From an uncultured virus (IMG/VR IMGVR_UViG_3300020037_001477) (lineage: Duplodnaviria; Heunggongvirae; Uroviricota; Caudoviricetes), in the IMG/VR virus record IMGVR_UViG_3300020037_001477: a stretch of DNA of 64,000 nucleotides, one strand, 5' to 3'. Below the pieces are notes generated by a model. That model saw only the letters and a list, made by a program, of their open reading frames with translations. It searched no databases and was not told where the DNA came from. Shown here piece after piece: positions 38,089 through 47,777 of this stretch (positions are counted from its first letter, which is position 1; every line of letters begins with the position of its first letter). The position numbers were made by a program, and so were the translations under genes.

Positions 38089-39732
38089 ATGGCTTCCAAA
38101 ATCTCGATGGTCCGGTTCAAGCTGTCTGGCGCGCTCACGCATCTGCCGGGCAGCAACATCATCGACATTCCCTATGCCGGTGGTGACAGCCAAGCCGAGT
38201 TCAGCACGGCCGAGGGCATCAACGTCCTGATCATCAATGGCGGCATCAACACGGCGCGGTCGGGTAAGACCATCGTCGACAGTGGCCGCACGTTCTCGCT
38301 GACGTTCAACCCGTCGTCGATCCGCATGACGTGGCTCGACCCGGCGAGCAGCATCGGTGACACCGACGATCTGGTGCTCGGTCTCAACGCGCTGTCGAAC
38401 CCGAACTCCAGCGCCGGCATCGACGGCGAGAAGGTGAAGATCACTGCTGCCGACACGACGACGGACTATCTCGGCAGCAAGCTGTCCATCGTCAACCCGC
38501 TCTACGTCAACCTGTTGAACCCCGGCGGCAACGAGCAGCTTGAGATCGGCATCACGGCGAACCCCGTGCTCACCGGCACGTCGCACATGGGCATCCCCGT
38601 GGGCACGACCGTACAGCGCCCAGGCGCGCCGGTCGCCGGGTACTTCCGTGCGAACACGACGACCAATCGCATCGAGTCCTACATCGGCGGTGCGTGGCAC
38701 CAGTTCCTCGACACGACCGACATCGGAACGATGGCGACGCAGAGCGCCGCTGCGGTCGCGATCACTGGCGGCACCATCGCCAACGTGACCGCTACCAACC
38801 TGACGATCTCCAGCCTGTCGACGCAGATCACGGTTCCCCAAGGCGGCACCGGCAAGACCACGTTGGCCGCGCATGCGCTGCTGCTGGGCAACGGCGCTGG
38901 AGCCATCAACGAGTTGTCTCTCGGCGCGGCGGGGCAAATCCTGACAAGTGCCGGCGCTGGCAACGATCCGTCGTGGGCGTCCACCATCGCCCTAACCGCT
39001 GTGAACATCACAGGCGGTACGGTGCTGGGCGCAGCCCCGGCGCTGGACGACGTCGTTCCGCTCTATGATACGAGCGCGACCGCTAACAAGACGGTGACGG
39101 TCGAGCAGTTGCTCGCGCCGCGCAACTACAAGATTTTCACCGCGACCGGGAACCTCGTCAAAGCGACGGACATCCCGACGAACGTCTCGCATGTGATCGC
39201 CGAAGGTTGGGGCGCTGGCGGTGGCGGCGGTGGCGGCAACACTACGGGTGGTTCCGAGGCGCGCGGCCCTGGCGGTGGCGGCGGTGGGTACTTCCTCAAG
39301 CGGATTGCTGTCTCTGCGCTCGCAGCGTCGGAGACAGTCACCGTGGGGACCGGCGGCGCTGGTGGTGCCGGCGGCGCGCCCGGCACCAACGGCTCTAACG
39401 GCGGCACGACCAGCTTCGGTGCGTTTGCCTCGGCCAACGGCGGTGGTGGCGGGCCGTTTGCTGGTACCGTCGTCGCTGGCGGTGCTGGCGGTACGGCAAC
39501 CGGCGGTGATCTGAACCTGACAGGCGGGTATGGCGGTCTCAGCACACCCGTCTTCGGCTCGCCGACTGTTGGGTGGCTGGGCTTCGGCGGCGCTCCGCAG
39601 CGCATGGCGTCGAACCTTGCCAACGTCTCGACTACCGGCCCCGCCAACACAGGCGTGGGCGGCACGGGCGGCAATCACACCGGGGGCTCGGCAGGTGCCG
39701 GTGCCGATGGTCTCGTTATCGTGTGGTGGTGA
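38089..39732 (+). CDS. Tail fibre protein with glycine-rich C-terminal domain
   Basis: IPVGTTVQRP, VPQGGTG fibre motifs; WGAGGGGGGG..GADGLVIVWW glycine-rich domain. Confidence 0.8.
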   Translation: MASKISMVRFKLSGALTHLPGSNIIDIPYAGGDSQAEFSTAEGINVLIINGGINTARSGKTIVDSGRTFSLTFNPSSIRMTWLDPASSIGDTDDLVLGLNALSNPNSSAGIDGEKVKITAADTTTDYLGSKLSIVNPLYVNLLNPGGNEQLEIGITANPVLTGTSHMGIPVGTTVQRPGAPVAGYFRANTTTNRIESYIGGAWHQFLDTTDIGTMATQSAAAVAITGGTIANVTATNLTISSLSTQITVPQGGTGKTTLAAHALLLGNGAGAINELSLGAAGQILTSAGAGNDPSWASTIALTAVNITGGTVLGAAPALDDVVPLYDTSATANKTVTVEQLLAPRNYKIFTATGNLVKATDIPTNVSHVIAEGWGAGGGGGGGNTTGGSEARGPGGGGGGYFLKRIAVSALAASETVTVGTGGAGGAGGAPGTNGSNGGTTSFGAFASANGGGGGPFAGTVVAGGAGGTATGGDLNLTGGYGGLSTPVFGSPTVGWLGFGGAPQRMASNLANVSTTGPANTGVGGTGGNHTGGSAGAGADGLVIVWW

Positions 39733-39734
39733 AC

Positions 39735-40109
39735 ATGACTCAACGGTTTGCTCGGCTGGAAAAAGACGTCGTGATGGAAGTGATCGATCTTCCAGACAAC
39801 GTCGCTGTGCAGAAGGCATTCCACCCGGATGTCGTGGCTCAGCTTGTCGAAGTGCCGCCGGAGATCAGGGTGGCGCAGGGGATGATCTTCCTGGAGCAGG
39901 CTGGTATGTTCGATGATCCGCCAACCCCAACACCGCCGGCTCTGTCGAAGGCTGAGGCCTTGGCTCAGAACAACATGAAGATGCTTCGTGTTGTGGACGA
40001 GCTATCGGACATCGTGCTTCAACTTGCGACGCGCGTCGGCGGCGTGAAGGTGTTGTCTCCTGAAGCGCAGGCAATCCTGTCCGAACGTCGCACGATCATC
40101 ACTAGCTAG
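39735..40109 (+). CDS. Tail fibre assembly/chaperone-like protein
   Basis: MTQRFARLEKDVVMEVI..FHPD N-terminus typical of genes following Gly-rich fibres. Confidence 0.6.
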   Translation: MTQRFARLEKDVVMEVIDLPDNVAVQKAFHPDVVAQLVEVPPEIRVAQGMIFLEQAGMFDDPPTPTPPALSKAEALAQNNMKMLRVVDELSDIVLQLATRVGGVKVLSPEAQAILSERRTIITS

Positions 40110-40121
40110 AAGAGGTCGCAC

Positions 40122-40445
40122 ATGTCTTCGCGCAACCGTCCGTTTCACCAGACCGCTGCTGGCGTCATCGTCACCAGCGGGAACAACGCATCCGGCGCTG
40201 CCACGGAAGTCCAGGCCGGAACCATCTCCGCCGAGAAGTCGAACGTCTGGCGTGTTCGCAACCGCGACGCGACCAACTCGGTGAATATCCGGCTGGGCGA
40301 TTCGACCGTGCAGGCCACGAATACCGGGCCCAGCTTGAGCCCAGGGCAGACCGAACTCTTCGACCGCGTTGGCGCGACGCATCTCGCTGCATGGGGCATC
40401 GGCGGCGTGGTGAGTGTTGAAGTGGTCCCTGGGGAGGGTATATAG
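40122..40445 (+). CDS. Small beta-rich virion-associated protein
   Basis: GAGG SD; jelly-roll-like sequence. Confidence 0.65.
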   Translation: MSSRNRPFHQTAAGVIVTSGNNASGAATEVQAGTISAEKSNVWRVRNRDATNSVNIRLGDSTVQATNTGPSLSPGQTELFDRVGATHLAAWGIGGVVSVEVVPGEGI

Positions 40446-40470
40446 TAGCGCTGCGGGGGGACAGCCTACC

Positions 40471-42747
40471 ATGGCTATGCGCCTAGACGATCCGTTTTAC
40501 GGGAGTGTAGTCCCGGAAGGGCCACTGGATCGGGCCGCGCGCCGTGCTGTGCGGAGCGAGGTCGATGGCCTATGCGCGTTCCGCTCTATGGTGTCTCGGC
40601 TCACGGGGCCTGGGCGCGGTGTAGACAACCCTGGTGGCGGGGGCGGGGGCGGTAGCGGCACATTCCTGTTCGATCTCCCGTTCCGCAATGACGGGGCCTC
40701 GAATGCCTCCGGACAAATCCTCACACGCACGGCCGTCTTCCCAGCCAGTCTCGTACCATCTGGTCAACTGCTTGAAGTGCGTAAGTCTGACGGCACGACG
40801 CCGCTGACCTACCAGCAGTTCGATCTTGTCGCCGTGTACGGGGACTCCGCCAAGCGATGTGTGGCGATCACCGTTGAGCAAGAAGACGACTGTGCAGCCG
40901 GCGCGACGCAGACCCTCAAGCTTTATAAGAATAGCTCTTCCGCTGCTTCCAACACATCGGCGATCACCGATCAAAACCTGAAAGACCTGGACTACACAGT
41001 CGAGGTCGACATCACGTCGGTCGGCACGGTCGAGTTCGACGTGGCTGCATGCATCACCGCCGGCAGGTGGCGCAACACGAAGATTGGACCCGTGCTACGA
41101 GAAATCCGCGTGTACCACAAGGTTCGCGACGGGTTGTTCGTTGTCGCATGGATCGCGCTGCGGCGGGATGGCACGACGGCTTATGCTTACGGCCGCTGTG
41201 TCTCGCACTGGAACGAAATCTATTCGGCATCAGCTTCCGCTCCTGGGACCGGCACGATCACCGCGCTACGCATCTTGAAGGGTGGTAGCAACGCGGTTGT
41301 CTATTCGTCGCTGTCCTACAACATGAAGGGCGGTATGGCGCAGGACGTGGCGTCCTCGACCTTCGAGGCGGTCTACTCGTCCAACGCACCGACGATGATC
41401 CCGCTCTACGATCTAGATCAGTTGCTAGAGGCACATGCCATCCTTCCATTGAAGGTGCGTGCTGGTGTTGTCTCGGCCATTGGCAGCCCGACGCCGGACA
41501 CGTTGGTACCGTTCGATGTCTATGACATCCACACTGGCCTCGACGACGGCGGCGGTCGCCAAGACATCGGCTGGCTCCCTGCCTGGGCAGCGCGGGCGCT
41601 TCTGTCGCAGAACAAGAACACCTACCAGCAGCTTCGCGCCAATTTCAACGGCACGAACCTGATTACGAAAAACCACTACAACTCGACCTCGGGTGAGGTG
41701 GTCATAGCCCGAGACGAAACCTACGGCTCGATCACTGGAGACAAGGACGTCAGCGCGAGCGTCGGGAGTTTCACCATCAACCGCAGTGCCGGCTCTTGCC
41801 CGTTCGGCGGAGTCTGCAACATGTACCACTGGCCAGAGTTGCCGTGGGTCACCTATCTGATTAGCGGTATGTCATGGCATCTGGAGAGCGTCATCGTCGA
41901 CGGTTGCCACGGCGTCCTCGCGTCTGGCGCTCCGCACAGCTTCACTTGGCTTAATTCGGATGTTCAGCTTTCGGTTCCGCGCTTCGACGGCGGGCCGCGT
42001 GGTTACGGCTGGGCTGAGTGCGCGACGAGTAATGCACACTACTGCACACCGGCCGATCATCCTATTCGTGGCTACGTCGAAGACATTATGATCGACACCG
42101 TCGCGTTCTGTAACTCGATGATGAAGGCAACCAATGTCGCGACGCAGGCGCAAGCGCTAGGCCTTCCGATTGCCAACGATCATGATCCTGGCGGCGCGGT
42201 ATGGTACCCGTCCTTCATCGAGCGGGTTATCTTTGGCGACGACTCCTGGTCCACGCGTTGGTTTCAGTGGCACTACTGGATGATTGTTGTAGCCGTTGAC
42301 ATCTTGCGCGGACACTTCTCTCTGACGGACGAGTTCGTCGCAAATGGTGCGGTCAAGTTCTACGTTGACTTCTGCAACGAATGTCCGGCACGCGCGCAGT
42401 CGTACACCATCAACCTGACGCAGGACAACGGGTCCAGCGGAGCGCTTGCTGATCTGGCGCAGACGCTTGATCGCATCGCCATTTCTGATACCTCTGGAAC
42501 GTGGAACGACACGACGAAGTTTATCCCGTCCACAGGGTGTCCGGTTGACGGAAGCATCCTCGCCAACTGGCTCGGGATGCACGCCTACTCCTGGTACAAT
42601 CTAGCGGCACTTATCATGCTGGATCGTGCTGGCCTCAATGTCACCACGGCGCTCAACCATCTGATCGCTTCGCGCGATAGCTCGACGCTCGCGCCGGATG
42701 CCGACAAGGCGTTCGATCCGCAATTCGATCTTCAGGAGGCTGCGTGA
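40471..42747 (+). CDS. Large putative carbohydrate-active/receptor-binding protein (beta N-terminus, aromatic-rich helical C-terminus)
   Basis: GGRQDIGWLPAW, HWP..YLISG and RGYGW motifs resemble alpha-toroid lyase/hydrolase-like proteins; start uncertain. Confidence 0.5.
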   Translation: MAMRLDDPFYGSVVPEGPLDRAARRAVRSEVDGLCAFRSMVSRLTGPGRGVDNPGGGGGGGSGTFLFDLPFRNDGASNASGQILTRTAVFPASLVPSGQLLEVRKSDGTTPLTYQQFDLVAVYGDSAKRCVAITVEQEDDCAAGATQTLKLYKNSSSAASNTSAITDQNLKDLDYTVEVDITSVGTVEFDVAACITAGRWRNTKIGPVLREIRVYHKVRDGLFVVAWIALRRDGTTAYAYGRCVSHWNEIYSASASAPGTGTITALRILKGGSNAVVYSSLSYNMKGGMAQDVASSTFEAVYSSNAPTMIPLYDLDQLLEAHAILPLKVRAGVVSAIGSPTPDTLVPFDVYDIHTGLDDGGGRQDIGWLPAWAARALLSQNKNTYQQLRANFNGTNLITKNHYNSTSGEVVIARDETYGSITGDKDVSASVGSFTINRSAGSCPFGGVCNMYHWPELPWVTYLISGMSWHLESVIVDGCHGVLASGAPHSFTWLNSDVQLSVPRFDGGPRGYGWAECATSNAHYCTPADHPIRGYVEDIMIDTVAFCNSMMKATNVATQAQALGLPIANDHDPGGAVWYPSFIERVIFGDDSWSTRWFQWHYWMIVVAVDILRGHFSLTDEFVANGAVKFYVDFCNECPARAQSYTINLTQDNGSSGALADLAQTLDRIAISDTSGTWNDTTKFIPSTGCPVDGSILANWLGMHAYSWYNLAALIMLDRAGLNVTTALNHLIASRDSSTLAPDADKAFDPQFDLQEAA

Positions 42748-43067
42748 TGGAATGGGTTAGCGGCAACATCTACATCCGGCCGATGGAGTTCGAGAAGGCC
42801 GGGCAAGTGCGTCCTGGCCACGAACACAACTTCGACCATACGAGTGTCGTGTTTAAGGGCGCGGTTCGCGTCAAGGCAAAGACACCGGACGGGCGGCTGA
42901 TCGAGCGCGCGTTCACGGCTCCGCAGCATTTCCTGGTGCTGAAGAATGTCGAGCACGAGATCACGGCACTGGTCGACGATACCGTAGTTTGGTGTGTCTA
43001 CAGCCACCGGACTCCGCAAGGTGACGTGGTGCAAGACTACAACGGCTGGGGCGGAGCCTACGGCTAA
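42747..43067 (+). CDS. Cupin-domain protein
   Basis: GHEHNFDHTS..G.V and VEHEITAL..WCVY motifs; AGGAGG SD. Confidence 0.8.
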   Translation: MEWVSGNIYIRPMEFEKAGQVRPGHEHNFDHTSVVFKGAVRVKAKTPDGRLIERAFTAPQHFLVLKNVEHEITALVDDTVVWCVYSHRTPQGDVVQDYNGWGGAYG

Positions 43068-43498
43068 TGTGCGAACTTCTAGTCTTCGTGCGGGACAAGA
43101 CGAACCCGAACGACCCATACAAGGACGCGCGCCTGTATAAGGCTGGCGACGTGGTCGTCGTTGTGCCTGACGGCTGGAAGTGGGGCCTGCGAGAACTGGA
43201 CAACCCTGATTGGCGCATCATCAAGATTCCCAATCTCGCGCCGGCAGCACTTCAAAACCTGATGGATGTTGGGTTCAGCCTCGGCTCGCTCGATGCGAAG
43301 AATGTGCTTCGTCGACGCAGCAACAGGTTGGACTTGGCAGCGATCACAGACGCAGGCTTTGCCGACTTCCTGGCCGATGACAAGCGGCAGCAGCCTAGCT
43401 TCACGCTAGGCAGCGCCAAGGTGCTAGCAGCCGTAGCGCTGAAAGCGCCAGTCAACGATGCTGCGGTGATTGGCAATCCGCTGGAGGTAATCGGATGA
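43067..43498 (+). CDS. Hypothetical protein
   Basis: TAATG coupling; KAGDVVVVVPDGWKWG.RE motif. Confidence 0.7.
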   Translation: MCELLVFVRDKTNPNDPYKDARLYKAGDVVVVVPDGWKWGLRELDNPDWRIIKIPNLAPAALQNLMDVGFSLGSLDAKNVLRRRSNRLDLAAITDAGFADFLADDKRQQPSFTLGSAKVLAAVALKAPVNDAAVIGNPLEVIG

Positions 43499-44505
43499 CG
43501 GTCTCCAGTATCGGCTCTGGTGGCGGACGCGACTACTCGACCATCGCCTCATGGGAAGCGGCGGCGGCTGCGACGCTGACTGCGCCGTGGGAGGGTGAGT
43601 GCTATAACGATAGCGAGTTTTCGGTCGCCGGGACTATCGTCACCTTTGCCGGCATCACGGCAAGCGCTACGAACTTCATCGAGCTTCGCCCGGCGTCTGG
43701 GCAAGGTTTCAAGGACCACGCCAGCGCCGCGTCCAATCCGCTACGTTACGACCAGACCAAGGGCGTCGGGCTGAAATGCACCGCGAACTACGTGGCTGCG
43801 GTTGTGATCCAGGTCAACCATGTGCGGCTGCGCGGGCTGCAAATCCTGCACACCGGCGGCGGCAACGACGCATCTTGTGTCAGGGAAGACGCAGGCGGGA
43901 CCAGCAGCAATTTGATTCGGGACTGCATCCTGGAAAGCACGGGTAATACGTCATCGTATGGCGGGGTGTTCGGAGTGCGCGGCGCGACGGTTGAAAACGT
44001 CGTGACCATCCATCGCGGGTCCGGTACCCAGATTGCGGTATTGGGGAACGACGGGCCGACAGTGATGAACTGCACCATGGTGCGTCCTGCCGATCTGTCG
44101 GATTTGACCTATGTCTTCTCGAAGTATTTTGGCACGGCCTGCACGGTCACGAACACCGCAGGGTTCGGCTGCACCAACTTTTTTGGCGGCGCTGGCTCGG
44201 GGAGCGGCACGAACAACGCGACGGACCTCGCTTCGGTCGGGTTTGGCAGCGGGCATCTCACCAGCCTGACCTACGCCGACCAGTTCGAGAATGAGAACAA
44301 CACCACGCCAGATTTCCGGCTCAAGGCCGGGTCCGATCTGATCGACGCTGGTACGGGGACTGGTGCCCCGACTGACGACATCATCGCGCAGGCTCGCTCC
44401 ACAACCGACATCGGTGCCTGGGAGTATCAGTCTGGCGGTGGTGGAGGCGGTGACGTCTTTCCGCCTTTCTTCCGGCACGAACCAACCACTCACTTGAGGA
44501 TGTGA
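43495..44505 (+). CDS. Parallel beta-helix (pectate lyase-like) protein
   Basis: DYSTIASWEA N-terminus, beta-helix-like repeats, C-terminal DFRLKAGSDLIDAG..DIGAWEY. Confidence 0.65.
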   Translation: MTVSSIGSGGGRDYSTIASWEAAAAATLTAPWEGECYNDSEFSVAGTIVTFAGITASATNFIELRPASGQGFKDHASAASNPLRYDQTKGVGLKCTANYVAAVVIQVNHVRLRGLQILHTGGGNDASCVREDAGGTSSNLIRDCILESTGNTSSYGGVFGVRGATVENVVTIHRGSGTQIAVLGNDGPTVMNCTMVRPADLSDLTYVFSKYFGTACTVTNTAGFGCTNFFGGAGSGSGTNNATDLASVGFGSGHLTSLTYADQFENENNTTPDFRLKAGSDLIDAGTGTGAPTDDIIAQARSTTDIGAWEYQSGGGGGGDVFPPFFRHEPTTHLRM

Positions 44506-44508
44506 AAC

Positions 44509-44970
44509 ATGGAAGGCTACACCTATGAAGTAAGGAATGGCGGGGTCGTGATCTCGACCGCGATCACCGTCATTCAGATCAAGGCCGGTGCGTCGGCGCT
44601 CGAACTCCTGCGTGCGTCCATTGGGCAGCGCGGGTCGACGACGAGCACCATCGAGCGCATCGGCATCCTGCGCAAGTCGGCGGCTGCCACGGTGACTTCG
44701 GCGACCCCGCTGAAGCTCAACCCTGGCGATCCGGCGGCGCTCGCGGTTGGCGGCGCGTCTGCCACCGGCATCACCGCATCGGCCGAAGGCACGGATGGAG
44801 ACATCCTGGTCGACGAGTGCTTCAACATCGTCAACGGCATCTGGTCGTGGCTGCCGACGCCGAGCGAGCGCATCCGCGTTCCGCAGGGCGGCATCATCGC
44901 GTTGAAGTTCCTGGCCGCGCCGGGGAGCCAGACGTGGTTCGCCAGCATGAAGTTCCGCGAGCTTCAGTAG
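44509..44970 (+). CDS. Hypothetical beta-rich protein
   Basis: GAGG SD; good codon bias. Confidence 0.7.
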   Translation: MEGYTYEVRNGGVVISTAITVIQIKAGASALELLRASIGQRGSTTSTIERIGILRKSAAATVTSATPLKLNPGDPAALAVGGASATGITASAEGTDGDILVDECFNIVNGIWSWLPTPSERIRVPQGGIIALKFLAAPGSQTWFASMKFRELQ

Positions 44971-44977
44971 AACCGTC

Positions 44978-45391
44978 ATGGACGGCATTTTCTACCATCA
45001 GCCAGCCTGGACGCCTCCTGCACCCAGGCTGACTGCGGTGTTCTTGGTCCTGCAAGAGGTCTCGTATCGGGTGTTCGACGCATCCGACGAGGTCTATTAC
45101 GAGCCGAGGGAAGACGATGCATACCCGTATCGTCTATCGAATAGTGCCGTCCAGGTTCTCTTGTCGGATGCGCCGACGATAGTGCCGGTGCCGCCGCTGG
45201 CGGTACGCATGGCCTATGTGCAACACGAAACGCATGTGGTGGACAACGCCGCCGAGACAGACGTCAACTTCATGATGTACTACGAGCAGACCAGACGCAT
45301 GAACGTCGATCTGCTGATCCCTCCTGTGATCCCGCCCGGCCCGACCGGGGCGTTCTATCATCGACGGCGGTTCGGTTCGCTACGTTCGTAG
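44978..45391 (+). CDS. Hypothetical protein
   Basis: ORF fills the gap in a co-directional operon. Confidence 0.55.
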   Translation: MDGIFYHQPAWTPPAPRLTAVFLVLQEVSYRVFDASDEVYYEPREDDAYPYRLSNSAVQVLLSDAPTIVPVPPLAVRMAYVQHETHVVDNAAETDVNFMMYYEQTRRMNVDLLIPPVIPPGPTGAFYHRRRFGSLRS

Positions 45392-45400
45392 GAGACAGAC

Positions 45401-45733
45401 GTGGCTACTAACACAAGCCTGCATGACATCAGCGTTCAGATCGGTCGTCTACAGGAGCAGGGCATGAATGCCGAGCGGTCGCGCACCTACATCAAGCAGG
45501 AGATCACCGCGATCAATAACCGGCTTATGGTGATCGAGAAAAAAATGAGCGCACAGTCCGGTCAGGGGGACGACATCCAGAACCACGACGACCGCATCCG
45601 GTTGCTGGAGACAGACCTCAACCAGCGGATCGGCAAGGCCAAGGTGGCTGGCGTCGCGGCCGGGTTTGCCGGCGCTATCGGCGTGGCTGGGGTGATCGAG
45701 ACCATCAAACACTTCTTTGATTGGAAACCTTGA
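45401..45733 (+). CDS. Coiled-coil protein with C-terminal TM (lysis-module associated)
   Basis: AGGAG SD, HDDRIRLLE coiled coil, hydrophobic C-terminus. Confidence 0.65.
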   Translation: MATNTSLHDISVQIGRLQEQGMNAERSRTYIKQEITAINNRLMVIEKKMSAQSGQGDDIQNHDDRIRLLETDLNQRIGKAKVAGVAAGFAGAIGVAGVIETIKHFFDWKP

Positions 45734-45758
45734 CCGGACCCTAGTCCAGGGGTAGGCT
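45730..45758 (+). promoter_or_regulatory. Sigma70-like promoter for the lysis cassette
   Basis: TTGACC-17 bp-TAGGCT. Confidence 0.5.
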
Positions 45759-45806
45759 CCTGTTCTGGCGTCCACCCCTAGGGTGTCGCCCAGACAGGAG
45801 GCGTCA

Positions 45807-46157
45807 GTGGCCAGGGCCAAGATCATTGTTGCGCTCGTTGTCGGATTGTCCCCCCTGACCAGCGGGTGCTCCTTCGTTCGAGACCTCGCCATTGACGCCT
45901 TCATTCCCGAGGCCCGGCCGTTGATCGACAGCTTGCGCAAGCAAGCGGAGCCGCAGCCCGAGCCGGAGACAGTGCCACTTCCCGCGCTTCCGCCGGCTCC
46001 GGTGATCGAGCCGCTCCCCGAGCCAGCGCCGCCTCCCAAGGTAGACACCGTGCTGTCTCCAGAAGACGAAGCCGCGAGACGAGCCATCGAGCTTTATGAA
46101 AATCGCATGGACGAGCTTCGTCGTCAGATCGAGCGCAAGCTGACCACCAGTCCGTAG
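45807..46157 (+). CDS. Proline-rich lipoprotein (possible spanin)
   Basis: AGGAGG SD before GTG 45807; signal peptide with lipobox LTSG/C; Pro-rich body. Confidence 0.55.
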   Translation: MARAKIIVALVVGLSPLTSGCSFVRDLAIDAFIPEARPLIDSLRKQAEPQPEPETVPLPALPPAPVIEPLPEPAPPPKVDTVLSPEDEAARRAIELYENRMDELRRQIERKLTTSP

Positions 46158-46166
46158 GAGGCCCCT

Positions 46167-46715
46167 ATGCTTTTGACGACCCTGTCGTCGTTCCTCGGGC
46201 TGGCGGCGAGTGCCGTCCCCGCGTTCATCGACTACTTCAAAATGAAGCAGTCGCAGAAGCACGAGATCGCGCTGCTCGGACTGCAAATCCAGGCGCAGGT
46301 GCAGATGGGGCAGTTGAACCTCCAGATGATCCAGACGCAAGGCGACGTCTCGGAGATGATGGCGCGCTTCCAGTTCGCAGCGCCGACAGGCAGCGCGACG
46401 TGGGCCGACCGCCTCAACATCTCCGTGCGCCCCATCGTCACGTTCGGGTTCTTCGGGCTCTACGCTTTCATCAAGATCATCCTGACCATGGTCATGCTGA
46501 TTGCCTACCCGTTCAGCGTCATGCAGGCCGCACCGAACATTGCGTGGTACGATCTGCTCACTCTTGTCGCCGAGAAACTCACGACCACTGTGTGGGGTGA
46601 GGGCGATCACCTGATCTTCTCGACGATCCTTAGCTTCTGGTTTGGCGACCGCATGTTCAACAAGGGCCGTAACGTCACGGCTCAGCCCGCGCTCGCCTTG
46701 CCGAAGACGTCCTAA
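46167..46715 (+). CDS. Holin (GTA 3TM-like)
   Basis: LNISVRPIVTF and ILSFWFGDR motifs, several TM segments, near the endolysin. Confidence 0.75.
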   Translation: MLLTTLSSFLGLAASAVPAFIDYFKMKQSQKHEIALLGLQIQAQVQMGQLNLQMIQTQGDVSEMMARFQFAAPTGSATWADRLNISVRPIVTFGFFGLYAFIKIILTMVMLIAYPFSVMQAAPNIAWYDLLTLVAEKLTTTVWGEGDHLIFSTILSFWFGDRMFNKGRNVTAQPALALPKTS

Positions 46716-46738
46716 CCCCCACCAACAGGAGAGCCAGA

Positions 46739-46942
46739 ATGACTTCGTCTGTCGCCGAAAAGAAGTCGCGCATCGAACAGGCCGTCGAGGCTGATCGGGC
46801 AGCGATCACCGACGACCGCGCCGTCACGTTCAACGGCAAGTGGCCGAGCGTCGAGTTCATCGAGAACTTCAAGCCGTGGAACGTGCGCGAGCGCAAGCCG
46901 CGCAAGGCCCCGGCGGCTCCGGCGAGCGACGCGCAGGAGTAA
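46739..46942 (+). CDS. Small hypothetical protein
   Basis: AGGAG SD; good codon bias. Confidence 0.6.
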   Translation: MTSSVAEKKSRIEQAVEADRAAITDDRAVTFNGKWPSVEFIENFKPWNVRERKPRKAPAAPASDAQE

Positions 46943-46948
46943 GCTCTC

Positions 46949-47482
46949 GTGAATGCTCTGGCTGAACAGCCTCTCCCGAGGTTCCTGACTCAGCCCAAGC
47001 TGGCTCCGGGACTGGTGCGGCTTGTCTCTACCTATGAGACAAGCGACCAGGGCGTGGCGTTCATCCAGAGCTACGAGCGTTTCTCGGCGACCGTTTACAA
47101 AGACCAGGGCGGGCTACCAACCATCGGGTGGGGCCATCTGATCAAGCCCGGTGAGAAGTTCGACGAGCCGATGTCGCGGGAGACGGGGGACGCGCTTTTC
47201 CGCGAAGACCTGAAGGAACACGAGCGTGCTGTGCTCAAGCTGTTTGCGATGCCGCTGGCGCAGCACCAGTTCGATGCGTTGGTGTCGTTCGCGTTCAACG
47301 TGGGGACCGGGGCGTTGCAACGATCAACGCTACGTCAGATGATCCTGCACAGGATGGAGCAAGAAGTTCCCTACCAGTTTCTCCGCTGGAACAAGGTACA
47401 AGGCAAGGTGTCGAACGGGCTCACCCGTCGTCGCGTCGCCGAGGCCATCATCTACACGCAAGGTGTCTATGTCCCAAATTGA
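46949..47482 (+). CDS. Endolysin, GH24 lysozyme
   Basis: E-x8-D-x5-T triad in YERFSATVYKDQGGLPTIGWGH; QFDALVSFAFNVG; GLTRRRVAE. Confidence 0.92.
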   Translation: MNALAEQPLPRFLTQPKLAPGLVRLVSTYETSDQGVAFIQSYERFSATVYKDQGGLPTIGWGHLIKPGEKFDEPMSRETGDALFREDLKEHERAVLKLFAMPLAQHQFDALVSFAFNVGTGALQRSTLRQMILHRMEQEVPYQFLRWNKVQGKVSNGLTRRRVAEAIIYTQGVYVPN

Positions 47483-47777
47483 TATCGCGAAGGTGCTCTT
47501 TGCCAAGGGCAAGGGGCCGAAGGTTCCCGCCAAGCTAACCCAGACCGAGGCACTGGTGCTCGTGATCCGCTACTGGATCACGGTCAACAGCATCTCGATC
47601 TGGAAGCTCAACCACAAGCTGGGGTTCACCGATCACAAGCTGCGCGACATCATGTCGCCTGAGTGGAACCCGACGTACCAAACGCTCGTCGCTATCGAGC
47701 GCCTGATCGTCAAGACTGGCTTGACAGGCCCCGCGCTAGAAGCGCTGCGTCAGCCTCCAGGGAAGCGAAGCCGCTAG
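47469..47777 (+). CDS. Small HTH-like protein
   Basis: LNHKLGFTDHKLRDI..WNPTYQTLVAIE resembles an XRE HTH. Confidence 0.5.
   Translation: MSQIDIAKVLFAKGKGPKVPAKLTQTEALVLVIRYWITVNSISIWKLNHKLGFTDHKLRDIMSPEWNPTYQTLVAIERLIVKTGLTGPALEALRQPPGKRSR

Noticed and set aside
30712..38937. Very long minus-strand ORFs (1047 and 1086 aa) opposite the giant gene
   Set aside because: Antisense shadows expected from high GC3 codon bias; no motifs.
38089..44505. Diversity-generating retroelement or invertible fibre cassette
   Set aside because: No reverse transcriptase, invertase or template/variable repeat pair seen.
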